Source: Tortispora ganteri | Taxonomy: Eukaryota | DNA length: 64,000 bases | Direction: 5' to 3' | Assembly: GCA_003707115.1 (NCBI GenBank) | Contig: PPNB01000003.1 | Location: 434,001-498,000 of the forward strand | Shown: positions 31,168 through 41,098 of the stretch, in pieces | Numbering within the stretch: position 1 is the first letter of the stretch | Layout: every line of letters starts with the position of its first letter | Notes under the pieces: model-generated | Databases searched by the model: none | What the model was told of the DNA's origin: nothing | What the model saw: the letters and a program-made list of their open reading frames with translations, nothing else | Program-made: the position numbers and the translations under genes

Positions 31168-32862
31168 TTATCGCCTTGGTCCTTTCTTTTTTTTCGTCTT
31201 TGCTTGAGGTTGAGACGTGGACATCGAAGCGTTAGCAATATCCGGGTTGGCGTGTAGCTTGGCTGACATTTCAAAGTGCAGCATTAGGTCTCTGATTTGA
31301 TCTTCAAGATCTTCAATCTTCTGATCTTGTTCAATTTTTTGTCGTTGCAATAACTCGAAGTTAGTTGAAATAGCTTTATTAATCGAACTTTCATCCTTAT
31401 AGTTTTCATCGATTGTCTTCAACCTGTTCTCTAGGAATACAATACGTTCTTTGAATGTCCGGCATTCATTCTCGAGGTGGTTAATGGTCTCCACATTCTT
31501 TTCATTGCAGTTTTGTGATTCCGTTAGCTGTTTGGTTACTTCAAAAAGCTGCCCTTTCGCTTTTCGAGCTTCTGCGGTGGCTTTCGCAGTTTTGTCAGCC
31601 AATGCGTGAAGTTGTTGCTCATAATACATCCTTTGTGACTCCAGTTGCATCTGTATCAAATTTGAATATTCGCGATCAACGGCATCGAGTTTGTCAGAAG
31701 ATGTTATGAGGGATGCGCTGTCAGAATTGCTGGGTCCGCCATTATACTGATCAGGAAGTTCAACTAACTTACCATCTTCCTGCGTTTGAATTAGTCTATG
31801 TACATAACAGTCAGACGCGTAGTCCCAAATTCGTTGGCTATTCAGATCCATTGAATATCCATGTCCTGTTACAGTGAAATGGTCAAACGCGTGTTTGTGA
31901 TCGTACCTACCACAGCCAACGTTACCGCATATCAAACACATCCACAAGTTTTCGGTCATCTTGCAAACAGCACATTCTAATAGATTGGAATTAACCATAT
32001 CGTCTTTTTGTGAGTACCGACACACCGGACAAGACCCGTCTTCCCATTTCGTGAGACATTGACAGTGAAATGTATGCCTGCAAATAATAGTCAGCAGTCC
32101 CGTTTGCGTAGTGTCCATGCGTTCAAGGCATACGGGACAAGTAGGGAGTTCTGTCAGTGCCGGCATAGGCGGAGGTGGCGCAAATTTAGCTAGAGGGCCA
32201 GTTTTTGTTTTCGAGTAATTCCCTCCGATAGTATCCAGTGGACACGAGCTTTCAGCAATGTACGATTTGTCGCCCCACAATATATTGCGAACGAATACAA
32301 CATGACAGTTTTCAGGTTCCATGGTGTTAAATATCTTTCCATTGTACTCAGCCTGAAATTTCGAAGCCGTATCGTGATTGCGGAACTTTAGGATACCCAT
32401 GTACCTACTGTTTGATTCAGTACGAAATATTCTAGTGTGTAATATGCTTTTGGCAGTCTCCTCACCAATAAAGCCAAAAAAGTCCTGCATAGACATGTAA
32501 CTTGGAACCGCCAAAATTGCAACGATGACACACTTGTTAGCATCAAAATTGCTTTGATTCGTCTTCATAGCTTTATCTTCAATTTTATTGTTGCATTTAA
32601 ACAAACGAATGACCCCATCACCCAGATACTTTGCACAAACGCGTTCATTGGTGTTGTATTCACTCATGTTGATAACTGTGATACGTACTTCAGCAAATCT
32701 ATAGTCGTTCTCAATATCAGCTGTCACAGAGTTGGCTTTGTATTCACATTTCCGTGCAGTGCTATCTGCAAATATATCTCCACTAGACCAAATTAGTTCA
32801 CAATATTTATCCAATTCTTTAGTACACCGTAAATCTAATACCAAATCATACAAATAAGGCAT
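31168..32862 (-). CDS. ETP1: BRAP2/IMP-like RING + ZnF-UBP E3 ligase
   Basis: BRAP2 domain (AILAVPSYM, FNTMEPENCHV), RING ELPTCPVCLERMD, ZnF-UBP LWMCLICGNVGCGRY and a coiled coil. Start uncertain: the ORF extends to ATG 33018, and MPYLY at 32862 is preferred. Confidence 0.92.
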   Translation of the reverse strand: MPYLYDLVLDLRCTKELDKYCELIWSSGDIFADSTARKCEYKANSVTADIENDYRFAEVRITVINMSEYNTNERVCAKYLGDGVIRLFKCNNKIEDKAMKTNQSNFDANKCVIVAILAVPSYMSMQDFFGFIGEETAKSILHTRIFRTESNSRYMGILKFRNHDTASKFQAEYNGKIFNTMEPENCHVVFVRNILWGDKSYIAESSCPLDTIGGNYSKTKTGPLAKFAPPPPMPALTELPTCPVCLERMDTTQTGLLTIICRHTFHCQCLTKWEDGSCPVCRYSQKDDMVNSNLLECAVCKMTENLWMCLICGNVGCGRYDHKHAFDHFTVTGHGYSMDLNSQRIWDYASDCYVHRLIQTQEDGKLVELPDQYNGGPSNSDSASLITSSDKLDAVDREYSNLIQMQLESQRMYYEQQLHALADKTAKATAEARKAKGQLFEVTKQLTESQNCNEKNVETINHLENECRTFKERIVFLENRLKTIDENYKDESSINKAISTNFELLQRQKIEQDQKIEDLEDQIRDLMLHFEMSAKLHANPDIANASMSTSQPQAKTKKKKGPRR

Positions 32863-33247
32863 ATAGTAGGAAAAAACAGGTAAGATGAAATGTGGTTTAT
32901 AATATAAAGGTTCATAGGTTTCAAAGAATTCGCCAATATGAGTATGGTTGCCATGTGTGATATTCCTTAATATCCCATGTGATGCTCCCATCACACTTAC
33001 GTTAACTTTACCTAGCATTTACTTAGCATCTATCCACTTAACGCGCGATACAATTTAAGTTTGAACGTTGCTCTTTCAGTACTTCATAGGGTGCGTTTTC
33101 TTTGTATTAAACGCGAAACTCACAAAATGAGTTGTATCGTAATACCTTTGAAAGATTACTAGTAGAGTATTCTTTATATAAGCATTTTCCATCTTATTTA
33201 ACTCCTTTAAGAACTGCTACTAGTTCTCTCTTCCTAATTTATTAATA

Positions 33248-35650
33248 ATGGCTACAGACGACGAAAGCTCTAGTGTTATAAGAAATGCAGACGAACCTAT
33301 AGATCGTCGCTATAGACAAGTTGCTACGGCTCATGACGCTCATTTGTCAAAGAACTCTAAAGCAACTTATCGCAATGTACATGAAATGTTCAGGAAATGG
33401 TGCGAAAACAATTTTTCTGCTGAAGAAACCAACCGAGACAGATTATACTTCCCTTCGTTCAGAAAAATATCTATTTTTCTGCATGAATGCACGGAGACTC
33501 TGGGTAGATCAGGAGTTTTTACTCATTCTTCATTAAAGGTATATCGAGCAGCACTAATGAATCTCAGAAAACATGAAGCGGATCGGCATAGGATTCAAGG
33601 AGTTTCGATGGAACCATTTTGCCCTGCTGAAGAAGCTGACGCTAAAGATGAGATAGCTAAATTTATGTCTTCATACCGTAGAAGTGGTGGAGAAAGGGCG
33701 ACTGAGTTGGGTGAGAATGATGCTGCATTACATCGATCTTATACACCTGAAGAGCTGGTCAAAATGGTAACGAAATTACTTGAAGAAACCACTCCTGCAA
33801 GAGGTCTTGTCGTAATAGCTTGCATAATGCTTGTAAGTCACTATACAATGCTTAAAGGACAAACTACACGGGAACTTACTTTCGATTCTCTTCAGCTTCA
33901 GAAAAAACAGGTTCATGGACTGTTAAGCCCTGTTACGATGCTTGCGATCAAACAATCGAAAAACAAGACCAATGCTCTCAGATCTTCACAAGTGAGCTGC
34001 ATGCTTCGGCACGTGAATATTTTACGCTGTCCTATTGCTTATCTGGGACTCTATTTTCTTGAGAGATTCGCTGTTCATGGTGGTCGTCCTGTGCCGTTTG
34101 GCGACCGGCGGAATTTCAATCGCGCTATCTTGTTACGAAGCTCCCGCGATAATGGTGACCTTCATAGACCGATGGATTATAGAACACACTACCAAGCCTT
34201 GCGAGATTTAAAGAGTGATATGGGGCTGCTATTCCACAAAGTAACACATGCCTCTCGTGTTGCTGGTGTACAAGAGGCTCATAAGGCGAGAGTATCGCAT
34301 AATTCAAATCAGTTGAATGGAAATTGGAGCAATGGTTCAGTTATGAACACTAATTATCTATTTGATACTGCTGATGAAACTATTCTATCTTTAGCTGGTC
34401 ACACAGAGGATAACCCATATAACATGATACGTGACCAAGTTGAACCTCCTGAAGAACTTGTGAGAATGGTATTTCCGTTTCTAAATGAATGGTATGATGC
34501 GGTAAATAATAACACACTGCGTGAAAAACTACTGGATGAACAAGCTAAACTGCCTGATAACGAGCAGCTTTCTACGCAAACTATAAAGAATTGGGTCCTA
34601 GGAGTCAACTGTACGATAGACGTTTTTCGTTTTATTTCAGTTTGTATATTGCAAGACCATAAATTTTTTGAAGAAGAGTTAGCATGGTTTTCATCTCACC
34701 CTGTTTTTGATCTTATGATTTTTTCAACTGCCGAGTATAAGCAGTTTCGAGCCCGGCAAGATGAACATTTTGCTAATCGACAATCTCGTCAATTAGCTGA
34801 ACCGGTACCGGATGATTCGCCGACACTACCGACTAATGATCTTTCTCGAGACAGTATTGCGATGTCTCGATCACCTAGTGTGGTTATCCAGCTCGAAAAG
34901 ATGGACGAAAAGCTGAATAAACTTGAAAAGCTAGATAAACTCGAAAAGCTAGAATCTGTTACTCACCGCCTATGTCAAATCGAAAAACGTTTAAGCAAAA
35001 AAACATCTCGGCGTCGCAAAAAAGTCTCCAAAAGAGCGGTAATCACTAGGGTGATGGCCGCTCTTTCAGATTCCTCAGACAGTTCAGATTGTGACTCTTC
35101 TGTTAGCGATTCTGAGAACCCCACATGTGATAAAGAAGACGTCTGCAATGAGAATAGCTCTCATGCAGTGGAATTATCCGAAGATCCTGTGGAGAACTCT
35201 CGAGCCGGAGATGTGAATTCCATCGCAGTCACTAATAACGTGTGCTACAGCCAAGAAGATACGGATTTATTAAATGGACTGCGGCGACATGGTACAACGC
35301 GGTTTTTGCGAACCTCAAAGTCAATAGCAGCTATGTGGAACGAATATGTGAACCCAGTAGGCGAGAAACCTGCATTACGCTATCTTGAAGAACGATTTGG
35401 TATGGCATGGCGCCCAGGTCCCATTTCGAAAGCTTTCCGTCGCAGACGAAAGATATATGCTGCCATTGAGCATGGCATTCTAAAAGGGTTGTCAGAAAAT
35501 CAGGCTGTTGCGATTATGGAGCGTTTTTGTCAGAATGAAACCACTAGGCAAATGCAACCTGCAGCCTGGTTTGAAAAACAAAGGGCTCGTGTTTTCATAG
35601 ATGCTATGGAGAATGCATTAGCTAGCCAACTTACGTCTACGGTTCAGTAA
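33248..35650 (+). CDS. CryptonF/Ndc10-like protein: tyrosine-recombinase fold + C-terminal GCR1_C DNA-binding domain (Crypton element or domesticated derivative)
   Basis: ML(K)GQTTRELTFDSL, KTN, RH.NILRCPIAYLGLYFLERF, KVTHASR, GNW, NYL, LAGH and R..V.PP.EL...VFPF match the CryptonF/NDC10-II pattern. SIAAMWNEY...PALRYLEERFGMAWR....FRRRRKIY matches GCR1_C. Confidence 0.85.
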   Translation: MATDDESSSVIRNADEPIDRRYRQVATAHDAHLSKNSKATYRNVHEMFRKWCENNFSAEETNRDRLYFPSFRKISIFLHECTETLGRSGVFTHSSLKVYRAALMNLRKHEADRHRIQGVSMEPFCPAEEADAKDEIAKFMSSYRRSGGERATELGENDAALHRSYTPEELVKMVTKLLEETTPARGLVVIACIMLVSHYTMLKGQTTRELTFDSLQLQKKQVHGLLSPVTMLAIKQSKNKTNALRSSQVSCMLRHVNILRCPIAYLGLYFLERFAVHGGRPVPFGDRRNFNRAILLRSSRDNGDLHRPMDYRTHYQALRDLKSDMGLLFHKVTHASRVAGVQEAHKARVSHNSNQLNGNWSNGSVMNTNYLFDTADETILSLAGHTEDNPYNMIRDQVEPPEELVRMVFPFLNEWYDAVNNNTLREKLLDEQAKLPDNEQLSTQTIKNWVLGVNCTIDVFRFISVCILQDHKFFEEELAWFSSHPVFDLMIFSTAEYKQFRARQDEHFANRQSRQLAEPVPDDSPTLPTNDLSRDSIAMSRSPSVVIQLEKMDEKLNKLEKLDKLEKLESVTHRLCQIEKRLSKKTSRRRKKVSKRAVITRVMAALSDSSDSSDCDSSVSDSENPTCDKEDVCNENSSHAVELSEDPVENSRAGDVNSIAVTNNVCYSQEDTDLLNGLRRHGTTRFLRTSKSIAAMWNEYVNPVGEKPALRYLEERFGMAWRPGPISKAFRRRRKIYAAIEHGILKGLSENQAVAIMERFCQNETTRQMQPAAWFEKQRARVFIDAMENALASQLTSTVQ
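34891..34953 (+). repeat. Imperfect 9/18-bp coding repeat (LEKMDEKLNKLEKLDKLEKLE)
   Basis: Recurrent GAAAAGCT / ATAAACT units in the Crypton-like ORF, predicted helical. Confidence 0.6.
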
Positions 35651-35824
35651 TATTTCGAGATTGGATTGTCTATTATATTCCTATTGTAATTTCATTAGAT
35701 TTACTGAGATTAAGGTTTTATAGAAGGAAATTGTGGGGAAAGAAACCCGAATTGAGTTTGTCCATCTATGCACCTGCACTTGATTCGGAGGTGATCTTCC
35801 TAATGTCACGTGATGTTAACATAG

Positions 35825-36958
35825 TCATATGACTTCAGGTTCTGCGGATAGTGCTTTGTAGCACTTCATTGGAATATTGTAAACAGGATGTATAGGTTCG
35901 ATTCCACCGTATATTTCGCTTTTTGCGCTACTAGTCCATGAAGAACCTGAAAAGTCGTAGTTACCTATACTGGCGCTCAGTCCTGATAACACATAGCAGG
36001 TGTGATAGGCATCTGGTCTTTTCCCTGGCTTGTCTGCTAGTCCACCAGTTTCTACCTGTGAACACGTCATTATGTACCTTTGCAAGTCGTAGGCTGAAAA
36101 AACTGGCACTTCAGTGATTGTTTGAAGTAGTGGGAAACACCCACCAACCCAAAAGCTGTAGCAGCCGTCCACTAGTTTGTTCGTTCGACCTGAAAATCCG
36201 CCTTCGATTTCATATTGACGTGCAGATAACCAGTACAGCAACTTTTCAACATCTAAATACTTCGGGATTATAGTCCTAGGCTCACCCAGAATGCAGAGAG
36301 CTGCCAGAGCGCAAAATGTGTACCCACCATGCGGTTCATTACCAGGCGATCCGGCGATACCTCCATCAAATCCTTGACACTTGGATAGCCATTCAGCACA
36401 CCCTGATGTGAGCTCAGGAGTAATTATATCGCATAGAGATGCAATACAAAGTGCACAGTAAACTGCTCGAGTATCAACTTCGCCGTTCACATGCATACTG
36501 AACCCACCATAACTAGTCTTCCTAGACATTAACCAATTGTAGAGTTTATGCTTGTCTATCGGCCATAATTTCTTTTGGGGTTCTACTATAGATAGAGCAT
36601 TGATAGCCGCATATGTAGGTGCTAAATGTGACAGATGACCGTTACCTCCACCCACCCCGCCATCTTCACTTACACATGCGGCAATCGTGCTCTTTACTCT
36701 TTGAATCATTGTATCATTGATCAGATTAGAGTCAAGCAGTGCCAATGAATTAATACACCAATAAACGAGCCACGGTTTCGAGGCATCCAGAGCCACAAAA
36801 GATGGTGGTAAGTTTCCTAAGCCCTTCAAAAGAAAGGCTTCATGGTTTGCCTTATAAAGCCTCCATTCCTTGCCTTTCATACCTTTCATACGCTCCTTGC
36901 ACAGTTCTTCTACCTCTCGCTGCAAAGCCGAAGTCTCAGTTTCTAACATAATACTCAT
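35825..36958 (-). CDS. RAM1: Protein farnesyltransferase beta subunit
   Basis: LDASKPWLVYW, HLAPTYAA, GEVDTRAVYC, HGGYTFC, GRTNKLVDGCYSFW and DKPGKRPDAYHTCY. ATG at 36958. Confidence 0.95.
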   Translation of the reverse strand: MSIMLETETSALQREVEELCKERMKGMKGKEWRLYKANHEAFLLKGLGNLPPSFVALDASKPWLVYWCINSLALLDSNLINDTMIQRVKSTIAACVSEDGGVGGGNGHLSHLAPTYAAINALSIVEPQKKLWPIDKHKLYNWLMSRKTSYGGFSMHVNGEVDTRAVYCALCIASLCDIITPELTSGCAEWLSKCQGFDGGIAGSPGNEPHGGYTFCALAALCILGEPRTIIPKYLDVEKLLYWLSARQYEIEGGFSGRTNKLVDGCYSFWVGGCFPLLQTITEVPVFSAYDLQRYIMTCSQVETGGLADKPGKRPDAYHTCYVLSGLSASIGNYDFSGSSWTSSAKSEIYGGIEPIHPVYNIPMKCYKALSAEPEVI

Positions 36959-37151
36959 TAAGAACAACTTTAGCAGCTGATAGAAGTTAGAACAGCCCAA
37001 ATTTTAGTGTTTTATATATCAAGAGGCATATGCTTTTGTATGAAGCATAGAGGCCTCCCAACAATGACACCCGAACAATGACCCGCGTACTATCAAAGAG
37101 ACTATTAATAATTCCACAAAAAAAATATTGTCATTTATTGTCATAATTTTA

Positions 37152-40031
37152 CTAGCCAACTATGTCAGCTATTAACGTTAACCCAAAATTATCCGAAGAT
37201 TCTAGTGCTAATTGGACATCTTCGTCATTCATAAGTAGAATATAGTCTCCATCTTCATCGCGATATCTTATACGAAGATTAGATTGTATATCACCGTTTT
37301 CTTGTCCTCCACATATACGAATTTTCTTGAAAACTTTCTCACTCAAGGATTCGTAGCTAGTGCTAGGAGAAATAGCAATAGTAAACCTATGAGCATAATA
37401 TTCCACAGTGACTTTCATCTGACTTCCAATGTACCCACTTTGGTGAGAAGTAGATGAAGTAGTGCTAACCGGAGACATAAGATTAGCCTGAGAACTTGCT
37501 CGGTTTCCATTTGTCCACGTATATCGCTCTTGCTCGCGACTATCTCTGTTAGCTGCATGTCCAGCAGCAGCTGACTGAGAGAAGCCCGTGGAACTAATGT
37601 TTGACGTGCCTATCTCCAAAGTCTCAGAAACGAAAGAGTTGGTTCCAGTATTCGAACCGGACTCGTCTTCTTCTTGTACAGTACCGTAAAGTCCTAAGAG
37701 ACTTTGCCTCTTGGTACTGACAGAGTCAAGTGATAGCTTATGCATATGCAAGCTGGCAACACTACTGCTTGAGCTCGCAGATGACTTAGGAAAAAACGAA
37801 TGGTAGTTATCAGGTGATGCAATATTTCCTGACAAATTAGTCGATTTATTCCGTGAATGCATACCACTAGATGCATGTCCATTTTGCAAACCTAACAACA
37901 ACGAGTCTCCTCGAGGTCGGATCATATGGCGATCGTCTTTGTCCTGATTGGATTCAAATACTGGCGTGCTGGACGTCCCAAAGGTAAACCCTCCACTAGT
38001 TGATCGACTAGCTGTATGTCCATCAACACTAGTGGAGTTACTAGCAAAACTCGTACCTCGTTTTCCGTATACATCCGCTCCTAAAATTGTAGATTCTTTG
38101 CTTGTATTGACAGCAATCATTTGGTCCAAAAGTTGTCGAATCGCAGTATACCACTGAGTGCGGGTTTCTTCATTGCGAAAGTGTATTGTCATTTCCGGTA
38201 TACCAGAGTGAGGGTTTCCATACACTTTTAGCTCGTAGCTGTTAGGGATCTGAACTACAGCGTCAATGTCAGACACTCTGATGAATCTCTTAACGACAAG
38301 TTCACGTTTCTTAGGTTTCTTTTGCAGTGAAACGCTTCGGGAACGAGTGACGTCAGAATCTCGACAACATACCAGGTAATTTTGAAATAAATAAATATGA
38401 TGATCTCGTTCAGAATTGTCCCGAGTGACAGTGTATACACCATGATAAAGCAAGTCACCAAGAGTGGACGCATTCAGACCATTCCATTCTTCAGTATGCA
38501 GTCTAAATGCCTTCAAAGCTTGAGCATTCTCTACTTTGCGGCGGGCCTCATTTATCATATTTGCAGCTCTTTTCATCGCTTCATACCCAGCATTTAGATC
38601 TTCCTGGTGAGGAAAATCGGGTGGGGTATATTTGATGAGTTGTCTTAATAGTAAATGATACTTACATAGTCTCTGCACAGGTAATATCAGGAGGCTTTGA
38701 AGTTCGTATGTAGGTTCAATCAGATAAGACAACTTTTGTAAGGATTCGACTTCTTCTTGAGCTATTTCCATAGCCCTATTTTGATTAAGAGCATATGTCT
38801 GATAAACGTTAAAATCATTTTCCATTTTCGCAAAAAGCAGGCCAAGTCTGTGACTTTTCAGATCTACATCTGCATTACTTTCTATACCAATTAGGAGCCA
38901 AGTTTCAAAGTCAATCAGGCTTCGTAGGTTTGGAAAAAGATAAGGAATTTTGTCTGCTGCAATTATGTCTCTTGCTTGCAACTGCGACACATAATTTTCA
39001 ATTTTTGCAAGGTCATTAGCATAGCGTCTTTCAGTTTGCAGAATTTCATTAACAGCTTTCGCAAGAGGGCCTTCTAAAGGTGGAGCAGACCCATCAAGGA
39101 TCGGAGCAGTACCGTTGGATTCATCAAACAGTTCAAAAATTCTGGATACAGAAGTAATAACCTTTTTAAGGTCTGATATGTTGTTAGAAAAGACATCTGA
39201 AATCATAAATAACTCGGATTGGCACAGAGCAAGATTTTTTTGACAGATGCTGAGGAAATCGTAAACAGATTTTTTAGACATCTTAGGATTATATTCTGAG
39301 GGGATATCCAATATTCGGCTCGCTGAAAGATGGTTATATATAATGCAGAATGGAACTCCTTTTCGAAACAATCTTATCAAAAGAGTAACATAATCTGTAG
39401 TCAATCCCTTAGGTAAAACAATGTTTGGATTTCGATATGGCTCAGGCTCATCAGGAGTGGCGGTCGCAGCAGCAAGATAATCATTCAGTTCTTCTATGAG
39501 AAACAGACGAGCAAGTAAACGCTTGGATATCTGATAAAATGAGTCAGGAGTCGACGAAGAAAGTGTGGTAGATGTAGATGTAGAAGCAGAAGTAGCAGGC
39601 TTTAAATTAGAGACAGATTTTGAGCGACCAAAAGGAAGACGATCACTCGGTTGAGCAGGATCCGCAGACATTGGGATACCAGCAGATACTGACCTCAAAG
39701 CATCAGAACTGGCGTTATGATATATTGGAGGGCGAGACAGTTCAAAGTGACCGAGTGTTGAGTGATTTCTTAAATGTAAACTTTTGCTAGAAGACAACGT
39801 TGATACTTCCGAGCCTAAGACAGGCTGAAGATCAGGACGGCTAGTAGACCCAGAGCGTTCAAACGCCGGCGAAGAAGGTATATGATCCTGTCGCTTTGAA
39901 GTTGTCAATGGAGGTATGATGTAGGTAGACTCATCGTTTGAGTCCAAGGCTAATTTAGAAGAGTGATCTGCCGGATTGAAGCAATCAAACTGACTGTTAG
40001 TCCAAGTATTCGAAGAAAGCGGCATATTCAT
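37152..40031 (-). CDS. CDC24: Cdc42 guanine-nucleotide exchange factor (CH-DH-PH-PB1)
   Basis: CH domain (LFRKGVPFC..YN), DH (EILQTERRY, LILPVQRLCKY.LLL), PH and C-terminal PB1 (RYRDEDGDYI). Confidence 0.94.
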   Translation of the reverse strand: MNMPLSSNTWTNSQFDCFNPADHSSKLALDSNDESTYIIPPLTTSKRQDHIPSSPAFERSGSTSRPDLQPVLGSEVSTLSSSKSLHLRNHSTLGHFELSRPPIYHNASSDALRSVSAGIPMSADPAQPSDRLPFGRSKSVSNLKPATSASTSTSTTLSSSTPDSFYQISKRLLARLFLIEELNDYLAAATATPDEPEPYRNPNIVLPKGLTTDYVTLLIRLFRKGVPFCIIYNHLSASRILDIPSEYNPKMSKKSVYDFLSICQKNLALCQSELFMISDVFSNNISDLKKVITSVSRIFELFDESNGTAPILDGSAPPLEGPLAKAVNEILQTERRYANDLAKIENYVSQLQARDIIAADKIPYLFPNLRSLIDFETWLLIGIESNADVDLKSHRLGLLFAKMENDFNVYQTYALNQNRAMEIAQEEVESLQKLSYLIEPTYELQSLLILPVQRLCKYHLLLRQLIKYTPPDFPHQEDLNAGYEAMKRAANMINEARRKVENAQALKAFRLHTEEWNGLNASTLGDLLYHGVYTVTRDNSERDHHIYLFQNYLVCCRDSDVTRSRSVSLQKKPKKRELVVKRFIRVSDIDAVVQIPNSYELKVYGNPHSGIPEMTIHFRNEETRTQWYTAIRQLLDQMIAVNTSKESTILGADVYGKRGTSFASNSTSVDGHTASRSTSGGFTFGTSSTPVFESNQDKDDRHMIRPRGDSLLLGLQNGHASSGMHSRNKSTNLSGNIASPDNYHSFFPKSSASSSSSVASLHMHKLSLDSVSTKRQSLLGLYGTVQEEDESGSNTGTNSFVSETLEIGTSNISSTGFSQSAAAGHAANRDSREQERYTWTNGNRASSQANLMSPVSTTSSTSHQSGYIGSQMKVTVEYYAHRFTIAISPSTSYESLSEKVFKKIRICGGQENGDIQSNLRIRYRDEDGDYILLMNDEDVQLALESSDNFGLTLIADIVG

Positions 40032-41098
40032 CTAATTCTCCAGAAATCGGTAGTGATATTTCGAGGTTGTCATACAAAAGGGGGTAGACAGGAATATGAA
40101 TGAGAAAAAGCGAAAGCGAAATACAGTTAATGAGCGAAGTTATATGAGGTTTATAGAACCCGTTTGAATTGCGTACCATGCGAAAAAAAACCGCTCACAC
40201 ATATATTATTGCTAAAGCAGAAAAGGCATGGAAGAGCAAGGGTTCTAAGCCCAATTATGCTACTTAAGGCAAAACTTGTCAGTGTGACAGTTTGAGGGTC
40301 TAGTCCTAAAAGGGCATAAAATGGCTCATATTGCTCGATAACTGCGATATTGGGCTTTCGACCAACCTTTACATTCTCTGGTACGTATAAAAACGTGCTA
40401 TAGGGAAATCACATACACAGTTAAGCCCTATAATTGACCAGACCAACCGCTGAATATAATTCAAGATCAACTTAACGCAACTGAAGAAAAGAGAGAATAC
40501 CTAACAAGAATCAGGGTCATAAATTCAAGGAGTATGTTCGCACTGAATACTGGCAGAACTGAAGCGGCCTGGTACAAGGGCAAGATAGCAAAACTCGAAT
40601 GAGCATACCGCGAGACTCAAAGACCACACACCCTTACTTTAAACCTCCTTGATTACTGCAGCTGACTAACAGCAAGCTGCTTATGACACAAATATAAAAT
40701 ATAAACAATATAAATACTTACAGACATGGTTGCATTCAAATCCTAAGATCTATTTATCAAATATGTATGGTAAATAAGAAGGTTATGATCCCTCAGCTTG
40801 TGATTATCTTATAATTCTTAACAGGGGTTAGCGAAAACTTCAAGGTGTATGTGGTATGGTATGGTACGGTAGTAGTGCTTTGGGAATGCCACTTAAGGTC
40901 TAAACGTAATATAACCTAACCCTATTAATACGCGAGTTCTAATTTTTCTATTAGAGTAATTGGCGATGTATTTGCAGCTCGATCCAAGATTAACTGGTCA
41001 TTCGCCTACATGGGCCTGACCGTGTTACTTTCGCAAAAAAACAAAGAAAAATTGCGCATTTGTGAGTAACATATAAATATACCAATAAATTGAAGCTC

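Noticed and set aside
35651..35824. CDEI/Cbf1-like GTCACGTG (35805-35812) next to the Ndc10-like gene, suggesting a point centromere
   Set aside because: There is no >90% AT CDEII tract of about 80 bp and no correctly spaced CDEIII. The motif is 12 bp from the RAM1 stop.
33019..35824. Element boundaries (TIRs, LTRs, target-site repeats) around the Crypton-like ORF
   Set aside because: No convincing terminal repeats were found by eye. The few-bp direct repeats of Cryptons cannot be called without other copies or an empty site, so it was not typed as a mobile element.
40381..40876. Possible + strand intron (GTATGT 40532, ACTAAC 40665) and GGTAT microrepeat in the CDC24-MSH3 spacer
   Set aside because: No ORF is restored and the acceptor spacing is atypical. 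The repeat is short and imperfect.
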